Source: a bacterium (GTDB taxonomy: Bacteria; UBA10199; 2-02-FULL-50-16; JAJFLM01). From it: a DNA stretch of 64,000 bases. Below, piece after piece: positions 1-7,743 of the stretch; the first letter of the stretch is position 1, and each line of letters starts with the position of its first letter. Where the stretch lies: assembly GCA_965216315.1 (NCBI GenBank), contig CBDCFN010000016.1, positions 1,312,001 to 1,376,000 on the forward strand, in the 5' to 3' direction. The notes under the pieces are model-generated. The model did not search any database. It saw nothing but the letters and a program-made list of their open reading frames with translations, and was not told the origin of the DNA. The translations under genes and the position numbers were made by a program.

Positions 1-1
1 C

Positions 2-3000
2 ACACTTCAGGCCAGCAGCGATCCGCTTATCACGAGTCTCTTACTCGAAGCCGTTATAGAAGAAGCCCTCGCACCTTATCAAGAGGGAACGCATCACCGT
101 GAGAGCCGTGAAGGCCTTTTTCAACAGGCCTATGCCGCACTCCTAGCGGACGTCCAATCGAATCCTTCGATGAATATGGCTCCCTATGCAGAGCGTTTCG
201 CCCAGTTGCAGTTGATGGAACAATCGTGGTCCGCTTTCGAAGCCCTGCGCGAAAGTAAACCGGAACTATTCTATATGACCAAACGTAATGGGGAATTGCT
301 TCCTGGCAATCATCCGTGGGTTGCTGAAAAATCTGAAGGACTTCAGCTGGATCGCTGTGCCGAGCTCTTTAAGATCGCACTCACTAGCGGCAACCCGACT
401 GACGTTAAAGTCGCGCTGGAAACGGCACAGGATCTCCACGGCCGTTTAAAACTGATGCTGCAACTCGATGGAGCCCGCGAATTACTCAAAGCCCTCTCCG
501 ACACGACGGTTCAAACCGGCGAGGTTCCGTTATTACCATTATATATAGCTCCTAAAGGCAAGGATCTGGCACAACTTCACATGGATGAGATCAGTCAGAA
601 TATTTTCGAACTGGCCTCTGAATTGTACATTGATGACGCTTGCGAAACGATCTCGAAATTGGCGGGCCAACAGGCCTGCAATACGCGTATCTCTTCGGAT
701 CATGACTTTGGCACGGTTCAATATGCGCGTGCCTATAGCGGAGGACTCGCTACACTCAATATTACTCTGCTTAACTCCACTCCGGCGCAACAGGCATTCA
801 TCGATTTGCTCAATAGCAATCGTGCCGAAGCGATGCGCGTCAAAGAGGCCTTTGAATATCTGCGTCATCACGGGGAATCGAAGCTCGTGACGCCGAGCGC
901 CTCAAAGTCGGAGCTGGGCATTGCTAAGCGCCACATGGCGACATTACAGCGTTTCATTTCACGCATCAAAAAGTCTCAAGCTCCCTATGGCGTGAGTCAA
1001 ACCGTACGAACGAAACTTGTTGAACCGGCACTCGCCGACATGAAGCGCTATGATCAAATCGGTTTTGTGCTTAATTCGGTGGAAGGTTCACGGCAATTTG
1101 CAGATAATCCTGTGCAGCTCGCGATAACCCTTCTTGACGATCTAAAAGACGCAGAGGCACACATGGAAGCCTTGGCTGATTATCAAGAGAATGATCAGTT
1201 TATTTATTTGGTTACACGAGGGTGGTACGGCGATCCTAATAAATATCCGAATGATCCGAAGCGCTTTATTTATGAGTTTTTTCTCCAGAACGTAACCACG
1301 GTCGAAATCAAGCCTGAGAAATTAGCACCTGCTCATGCGACGGCATATCATAACTGGAGTGATGACTTGGATCTTCGTAATAGTGATGAAGGTCGAAGTC
1401 CACCAGTCGCAACGGCTTCGGATTGCGGCTATGCGTATGCCCGTCGGCAATTGAACCAAGTCATCAATGGTGAGATTACCGGCGACAAAGCGGTCTCAAT
1501 CTTGACTTCCTGTCTGAGCTACATGAGAGAAATGAGGCAAAAAGCCCTAGTCATGGACATGGCTGTCCATAAAATTGAAGGCGAACGTAATCAGAATATT
1601 GAAGTCGGTCCGACGGATATCGACATCGCTCCTGGTCACGCGGCCGCTATTGCCTGGATTAATGCAACGGGCAACATCACGAGCAATATTGGCAAAATCG
1701 CGGCGGGTGCTCCTCTCAAACTAGCGAGCGCCACCAACTACAAAATTGAACTAGAGCAACAAGTTGAAAATTTCAGAGATCAACTCAAAAAAATACGCGC
1801 GGAACTAAAAGACGGCGGCAAAGGTTGGAACTGGGGCCAAGGCGATTACTACATCAGTACCGCCTCGGTAGATGATTTGATCAAACGGCTCGACAATCTA
1901 GCCAATAGAATCACCTCCGTTGACAGCGATGATGAAGCGGAAATGAATAAGATTCACGGGGAGTGGAAACACTTATCCAGCGCGCCCGTTGTTCAGTTCA
2001 TCTACACTGAAGTGGAAAATATGCATCGCATGAACGGCTGGCGTGATCTCGCCTATGAGGGAATTATTACCGCACCTTTGGCGCTCACGGGAGCCTTTCT
2101 CGTCCGAGGCTTAGCGTCCGTCGCATTAGCCCGCACCGGACTGATGGGAACACGCTTCGGTCGTTTCTTGCTGCTGGGTAGCGAGGCCTTCGGCCTCACC
2201 TTGGCGGGTGATGCCACTCACTCCTTGATCGGACACCATGGCGCTCCCTTGACGGCTGCCGAGAAAGAGGGACTTTCTTTTATCGAAAGGCTCGGCATGA
2301 GCATGGGGATGCTCAAGTTCTTTCATTCGGCCTTGCGTTTTTCCGCCCCTTTATCCGCACGCGCAAGCCAGCGCGTTGCCCTGCGGTCGCTGATGAAGCA
2401 AGGGTATGACCGCGCCTATCTCTTTGGAACCAATGAAGGGCGTGCACTCCTGATGCGCACGATGACCCGTAATATCGTCTCGCAAGGGGCAGGTACTGCA
2501 ATCCGTTTCGGCAGCAGTTATGTCGGCTTTACCGCCTGGGATTTTATCGCGAATACGTATCAAATGACGCGCATGACCGGTGAGTTCAATCCGGGAGCGG
2601 CACTCAAGCAAACAGTCAGTCTCGAAAGTCTGAGAAGTCGCGCGATTATGGTACCGATGTTTGCCGCCTATGGACAATTGCTGCGGCCGCTCGCGACTCG
2701 CAGCGCCAGAAAACAAATGGCCCGTCTCTTCGCTGAAAAGCCGGAACTTGAAACCCAATGGAAGACCCATGAATCGAATGTCGTTGAGGCCCGGGAACAA
2801 TTTGAAAAGCTGATGAGCGAGACCGAAGGCGGGCTTCGTGCTTCTAAAGAACAGCTTGAGGCGGTCAGGAATAAACTCCGCGCGGCGCTCGAAGCCCGCC
2901 AGAAATTTGAATCCGAGCTACCGGACGGCATTGTGAGCCCGCAGGAGAAGGCGCTGGCCGACAAAACATTGGAGATGACGGCACAATTTGAGGGCAGCTT

Positions 3001-5149
3001 GCAGCAGATCAATGGCATTCTCGGCAAGGGAAATGCGCTCGGCATCGTCCAGTTTCGCGAAGGGAAGTTTACCTTTCCGGCCGAACGCAGCGCTGAAGTT
3101 GTGAAGGCGTTACGGGAGAGTGGGGCGGACGTCCACGTGCATCGTAATGGCGTGCTTACCATCAATAAGGGACTGATTCGACTCGTGCCTACAGTACAAG
3201 GCAAGTCAGAAGTTACGCTGCCTCCGAGTATCCGAGTTGGTTCGCATAATTTTGTTATCGCGACTGAACCCATCAAATCTAAGCAAATTCATGTAACCGA
3301 AGCTGAGGCACGGATTGATGGCGAGCAAATTATAATCAAGCTACGTAATGGAGTTGAAAAAATAGTTGATTCGCGCCTTGTCACTCGATCTTTTCGTAGG
3401 GCAATACAAAAAGCTAAGACCGTCTTCCTCATTCCGTATGTTGCCGGTGGAAGTGGCGTTGATTCTATGTCGGCACGCGGAGCTGTCGAAGTGCGCCAAG
3501 GGAAAGATATCGTACGAGAAGCACAGCGCATCTTAGAGCATGAATATGGTGTAAGTGTCCCGACAAAAAAATTGCAGCGTTCTTATCATCGTGAAGTGGC
3601 CCCGCAATACAAAGGCGGGAATGGTCGGAGAAATACTGGTCGCCTGGATAATTATGGTGAACAGGTTTCTACTCTGGTTTCGCTTTATGTCGATGGTACC
3701 GGTCAAAGAGGCGCTAAATCAATTGCTGATGTCGTTACGACCCTTGTAAAGCGATCGCAAGATACACTTGATCTTGCAGTCCCTGACACAGCTAATCAAA
3801 TCTTCGCTTCACATGAAAAAGTTCTGCTCACCAAGAAGCTTACGAAACTTCTAAGAGATCACGGTGTAACAGATTATGATTTACTCCCTAATCATGTTCG
3901 ACTCAAGTTCGAAAGGCGTGCAATCGACCGTGCGAACAATTTCATTAGCGAATACTGGGCTGATGCGTCCGGCGTACTCGAATTAAATTGGACAGCCGAG
4001 TACGATGCAATGGTTTCATATCATGCTGGAGTTCAATTCGTTAAACATAATGGGCAGACTTTCGTTCGTGCCCAAAAAATAACAATCAATGGTAGGGAAC
4101 TTACTCACGGTCGCCTGATTAAACTTCAAGATGGGGATACCGTCAAGATAGGAATAACTTACTATGCTAAGTTGAATGAGTCATTCCAACGTATTACCAA
4201 AGCTGAAAATGACGCCAAAATCATCACAAAAACTGATACGGGACTGATCGTAGATAACGGTGATGGAAATGTTACTAAGGTAAGCACGGGAATGACAATT
4301 AGTGATGCTAAAGGAATGCGTCACTTGGACCTTCTCGGCACTGAGCAACAGGCGCTTGCGCTTGCATTAGATCTGGTTCGCGATGGCAAGCTTCCGGAAG
4401 GATTTGTACCACGTCTCGGTGGCCGTGTGGCCCATGACGAACTCATTATTCAGAAAATGGGCGGCAAGACACTTGATAAGATGGCTCCAGCGGAACGTCA
4501 ATTGATTCCCGAGTCAGCCTGGAAAACCTTTGAAGCAAATCTTCATATATTACACGAAGCAGGTCTTGTGCATGGAGACATTCACAGTGGTAATATCGGC
4601 TGGAATCCCAAAAACGGTAACTTGTGGCTCATCGACTTCGGCTTGGCAAAGTTCAAAGCTAATCCTAAGCGGGATGTTGATTCCTATCACAAAATGCGCC
4701 GCAAGATGGAGAAGGTAGACTCGTCAACGGCTGTTACAAAGGCGGGATTGGAGCCAACACAGATTGAACACTGGGCTAAGCAATTTGAACAACGATTTGG
4801 AGAGCCTCCTAAAGAGATATGGATTGTCGGAAGCCATGCGGACGGTTCGGCTACACCTAAGAGCGATATCGATATTATCTTCATTCACTCACGTTTCTCT
4901 GCGGGAGGAACATGGCAAGGGGCGGACAAAGGTATGGGCGACGGATTGGCGCTGACAATGGCATTAAATCCCCAGATTCCATGGGCAGCACTGCATAACC
5001 CGGCCAAGCAAGCCGTTGCATTTCCAGGCTACGGGAACATAGGTAGCGATATACCCAAAGCGGGATTTGTGGACCCATTTTTTGCTGGAGCCCGCAACTT
5101 TATCTGCACTTGGTCAGGTGAGGCTCTTCCCGCAGTAAAACTTTATTGA
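2..5149 (+). CDS. Giant multidomain protein, 5'-partial: helical N-region, hydrophobic segment, coiled coil, FHA-like, Bud32/RIO-like kinase and minimal nucleotidyltransferase domains
   Basis: Frame of ORF 170..5149 has no stop back to position 2, so the true start is probably outside the window. Kinase motifs HGDIHSGN and LIDFG (~4571-4645); MNT motif IVGSHADGSATPKSDIDI (~4823-4880); FHA-like tail ITINGREL..LQDGDTVKIG (~4080-4155). Confidence 0.8.
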   Translation, partial: TLQASSDPLITSLLLEAVIEEALAPYQEGTHHRESREGLFQQAYAALLADVQSNPSMNMAPYAERFAQLQLMEQSWSAFEALRESKPELFYMTKRNGELLPGNHPWVAEKSEGLQLDRCAELFKIALTSGNPTDVKVALETAQDLHGRLKLMLQLDGARELLKALSDTTVQTGEVPLLPLYIAPKGKDLAQLHMDEISQNIFELASELYIDDACETISKLAGQQACNTRISSDHDFGTVQYARAYSGGLATLNITLLNSTPAQQAFIDLLNSNRAEAMRVKEAFEYLRHHGESKLVTPSASKSELGIAKRHMATLQRFISRIKKSQAPYGVSQTVRTKLVEPALADMKRYDQIGFVLNSVEGSRQFADNPVQLAITLLDDLKDAEAHMEALADYQENDQFIYLVTRGWYGDPNKYPNDPKRFIYEFFLQNVTTVEIKPEKLAPAHATAYHNWSDDLDLRNSDEGRSPPVATASDCGYAYARRQLNQVINGEITGDKAVSILTSCLSYMREMRQKALVMDMAVHKIEGERNQNIEVGPTDIDIAPGHAAAIAWINATGNITSNIGKIAAGAPLKLASATNYKIELEQQVENFRDQLKKIRAELKDGGKGWNWGQGDYYISTASVDDLIKRLDNLANRITSVDSDDEAEMNKIHGEWKHLSSAPVVQFIYTEVENMHRMNGWRDLAYEGIITAPLALTGAFLVRGLASVALARTGLMGTRFGRFLLLGSEAFGLTLAGDATHSLIGHHGAPLTAAEKEGLSFIERLGMSMGMLKFFHSALRFSAPLSARASQRVALRSLMKQGYDRAYLFGTNEGRALLMRTMTRNIVSQGAGTAIRFGSSYVGFTAWDFIANTYQMTRMTGEFNPGAALKQTVSLESLRSRAIMVPMFAAYGQLLRPLATRSARKQMARLFAEKPELETQWKTHESNVVEAREQFEKLMSETEGGLRASKEQLEAVRNKLRAALEARQKFESELPDGIVSPQEKALADKTLEMTAQFEGSLQQINGILGKGNALGIVQFREGKFTFPAERSAEVVKALRESGADVHVHRNGVLTINKGLIRLVPTVQGKSEVTLPPSIRVGSHNFVIATEPIKSKQIHVTEAEARIDGEQIIIKLRNGVEKIVDSRLVTRSFRRAIQKAKTVFLIPYVAGGSGVDSMSARGAVEVRQGKDIVREAQRILEHEYGVSVPTKKLQRSYHREVAPQYKGGNGRRNTGRLDNYGEQVSTLVSLYVDGTGQRGAKSIADVVTTLVKRSQDTLDLAVPDTANQIFASHEKVLLTKKLTKLLRDHGVTDYDLLPNHVRLKFERRAIDRANNFISEYWADASGVLELNWTAEYDAMVSYHAGVQFVKHNGQTFVRAQKITINGRELTHGRLIKLQDGDTVKIGITYYAKLNESFQRITKAENDAKIITKTDTGLIVDNGDGNVTKVSTGMTISDAKGMRHLDLLGTEQQALALALDLVRDGKLPEGFVPRLGGRVAHDELIIQKMGGKTLDKMAPAERQLIPESAWKTFEANLHILHEAGLVHGDIHSGNIGWNPKNGNLWLIDFGLAKFKANPKRDVDSYHKMRRKMEKVDSSTAVTKAGLEPTQIEHWAKQFEQRFGEPPKEIWIVGSHADGSATPKSDIDIIFIHSRFSAGGTWQGADKGMGDGLALTMALNPQIPWAALHNPAKQAVAFPGYGNIGSDIPKAGFVDPFFAGARNFICTWSGEALPAVKLY

Positions 5150-5988
5150 TGTTCAAATGAATGCAAAACAATTTCGTTTTCATCTAGATTGTCAAGTACG
5201 TAGGCTTCAATAGGCGGCAAGGGATCCCGGGTGATCGTCTTCCTTACCCCAAAATGCGTATGCCCACTGACGACATGAGTGACTTTTGGAAAATTGACAA
5301 TCATCGCACCTAGGCTCGGGACAAAATAGTAGGCATTTGACAGTTCATAGCGGCTCCGTTGATTCCCCTTTGTTATGTCGGAACGCAATTCCAGGAAAGG
5401 GGGGATATGGCTGGCGACTAGAACTTGATCGACTTGAGGATTCGAAGCGAGGTTTTTGAGTGCAGATTCCAATCTTTCCCGGCATGCCTTGGCAAATTCT
5501 ATATCGCTCCAAGACCAGTCAATGAGTTCCGCGTCTTGTACATATTTTCCTTTTTTACAGCTGATGGTTTTGGCGTCACGTCCAGTCTGATCCGCCGAGT
5601 AGTCATACCAACCAATCGTACCCGCGATACCGAGTCCAATCTCAGGGATCACAACAGATGTGCCTTCCAGCCACAGTGCTCCGACTTCTGCAGTCAGGCG
5701 CGGAAGAACTGATTCCCATAGATCCTGACTGCCATGACGTGCTGGCGAGGTATCGAGATGATTTTTTGGGGCACTCCAGACATCGTGGTTGCCCGCAAGG
5801 ACGAGCGTCTTCCAGCGACCACTCAACAGTTTTAAAGCCGGCTTAAAATACGACGTGCAATTGGCGATATCCCCAACGATTAACAACATGTCGGGATTCG
5901 CCTCATGAACTCGCGCCGCCACACTCTCGACATCAACCGCATTATAGGGGCTATGATGTAAATCCGAAACGACGGCGAGATTTAACAT
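5143..5988 (-). CDS. Calcineurin-like metallophosphoesterase
   Basis: Motifs SDLH, GD, GNHD, H, GHTH in canonical order; start at ATG 5988 preferred over 6090 because motif I follows immediately; 3' end overlaps the giant gene by 7 nt. Confidence 0.88.
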   Translation of the reverse strand: MLNLAVVSDLHHSPYNAVDVESVAARVHEANPDMLLIVGDIANCTSYFKPALKLLSGRWKTLVLAGNHDVWSAPKNHLDTSPARHGSQDLWESVLPRLTAEVGALWLEGTSVVIPEIGLGIAGTIGWYDYSADQTGRDAKTISCKKGKYVQDAELIDWSWSDIEFAKACRERLESALKNLASNPQVDQVLVASHIPPFLELRSDITKGNQRSRYELSNAYYFVPSLGAMIVNFPKVTHVVSGHTHFGVRKTITRDPLPPIEAYVLDNLDENEIVLHSFEHQ

Positions 5989-6215
5989 CACACCTTTGCA
6001 ACCAAGTTGACTGAGTAAAAAGGAATGAGTCATCGGGCCCGTATCGACGTATTCAGCGAATTGTTGTGATGAGACGTCTGGAGAATACACTTCATTGAAA
6101 AATTATGTATTCATTCGAATAGGGAAGGGAAATTCTTCCGACGACCCTTCGAGACATCCCGATTCAAGCCCTAACGTGCCTAAATCTTAGGCACTATTTC
6201 TCGCAAAGAAGCTAG

Positions 6216-6240
6216 CAACTTTGCAGCGGCAAGGCCGAAG
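6216..6240 (+). promoter_or_regulatory. Candidate alternative-sigma (FliA/sigma-28-like) promoter CAACT-N13-GCCGAAG
   Basis: Same boxes and spacing as 27634-27658; GCCGA resembles the sigma-28 -10 element GCCGATAA. Confidence 0.4.
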
Positions 6241-6282
6241 ACTAGGACGGGTCATCACATATCATGAGCAAAGGGGTTGGGC

Positions 6283-7518
6283 ATGATTTCCGCATTTTAT
6301 ACGACACAAGCACTTAATTTAACTGCAACGTCTTTATTAGCGAGCTCGGGAATGACACGACGCTACTTTATTGGCGTTGCAGCAGCCGGTCTTGGCTCCG
6401 CGCTCATTCCGAGTTGCGGCAGTGATCCTTCCACGGGCGGAACAGACGGCGGTACAACCGATGCCGGCACCGATAGTGGCACGGACGGGGGCACGACAAC
6501 ACTCCCCAATAATTTTACCGTTGAAGACCTCGCGACCTTTAATTGTCAGTTTGCTCCGGACATCGATTTAGGCGGCAGCGGCATTTTAGGGCTCTGTACT
6601 AGCGAGGCCAATGAACTCTTTCAATTTGACCCGAGTCAAACCCCGAGTCCTGTTGCTGCTGAAGCATTGCTGGACTTCGGAGCTATTGGCAACCGAACCC
6701 TCAACCAACTAGCGGCCACGCGAGAAGGCAAGGGAGTTGTCACTACAGATGAATTCGGCGCTCAATCGGGTATTTACGAACTGAATCTCGACGGGAGCGG
6801 GGTGCCGCGCCTCATCTTGTTTCCTGCCGGCAATAATTACGCCGGCGGCCCAAGCTTTGCACAAGGCAAACTGTTCATACCGACCGCTAATGCCGATGAT
6901 TCGGTGTTTCCTTTGACTTATGGCGTGGGAAGCTTGCAGGTTTTTGATGTCAGTCCGGCAGGCCTGATCAACGATTCCAGCCGCCGTGAGCTTCAGACTT
7001 CAGCGCTCAATCCGACGAGTACGGCCGTCATCGGTGATAATACCTTATTAGTACTCAACAGCGGTGATTTCACGGCTAGTTCCCAGGCTGTGCTCGATAT
7101 TTTTGATATAACCAACGAAATCCTTACGACGAGCATCCCGCTCGGCAATCTCACCGCTCAAGTCGGTGGAGAGATCAGCGTTTCAGCTGATGGGCGTTAT
7201 GCCTTGATCGGCTCGGCGGCCTTTGCGGATACCGATCCCTGGGCCGGACGCGTCCTACGCGTTGACCTCGTTGAGGGAACAGTGGAGCAACTTACGGCGA
7301 GTGGAACGACCTTTCATTCCAGTGCCAAGATGGGGGATGGCATTGCCTATGTCAGTGACTTCAATTCCGGACGCATTACGGTCCTTGATTTAGCGGCTTT
7401 TTCTATCCATCGTACGGTAGAAATAGCCGGTGGATTACTGGGACCCGCTGAAATCTCCGCTGGATCCCTCGTCCAGGTCATCGCCGGCGGGGCGGTGCTC
7501 GTCACGCCTGAAGACTAA
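6283..7518 (+). CDS. Putative Tat-exported lipoprotein with YncE/YVTN-like beta-propeller
   Basis: TRRYFI twin-arginine motif, hydrophobic stretch, lipobox-like LIPSC, TDGG/TDAG linker, repeated beta-strand blades; start may instead be ATG 6352. Confidence 0.65.
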   Translation: MISAFYTTQALNLTATSLLASSGMTRRYFIGVAAAGLGSALIPSCGSDPSTGGTDGGTTDAGTDSGTDGGTTTLPNNFTVEDLATFNCQFAPDIDLGGSGILGLCTSEANELFQFDPSQTPSPVAAEALLDFGAIGNRTLNQLAATREGKGVVTTDEFGAQSGIYELNLDGSGVPRLILFPAGNNYAGGPSFAQGKLFIPTANADDSVFPLTYGVGSLQVFDVSPAGLINDSSRRELQTSALNPTSTAVIGDNTLLVLNSGDFTASSQAVLDIFDITNEILTTSIPLGNLTAQVGGEISVSADGRYALIGSAAFADTDPWAGRVLRVDLVEGTVEQLTASGTTFHSSAKMGDGIAYVSDFNSGRITVLDLAAFSIHRTVEIAGGLLGPAEISAGSLVQVIAGGAVLVTPED

Positions 7519-7661
7519 AAACCCAGCCAAATCGGTGCCTGCGCTCCCCAGCCTATGGGAGTCGATTCCCCATAAATGTATACAAATAAATATAGTATTC
7601 ATATGAATGCAAATTTATATAAATAATTACATATAGTTACAATATTAAAAATTAACATTAA

Positions 7662-7678
7662 TTGGCACAACCATTGCA
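7662..7678 (+). promoter_or_regulatory. Sigma-54 -24/-12 promoter
   Basis: TTGGCACAACCATTGCA matches TGGCAC-N5-TTGCW; preceded by a very AT-rich tract (7570-7660). Confidence 0.75.
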
Positions 7679-7743
7679 ATAACAGTCTCTCGTGTGTGGG
7701 CGTTGGGCCCGGAAATTTGAATTAAACTCCCATGGAGGCTGTC

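Noticed and set aside
170..172. ATG 170 as the start of the giant protein
   Set aside because: The frame is open and protein-like back to position 2, and no SD precedes 170; the start is probably outside the window.
6430..6500. Short tandem repeats as a CRISPR or VNTR
   Set aside because: They encode a degenerate TDGG/TDAG peptide linker; there is no repeat-spacer structure and no cas gene in the window.
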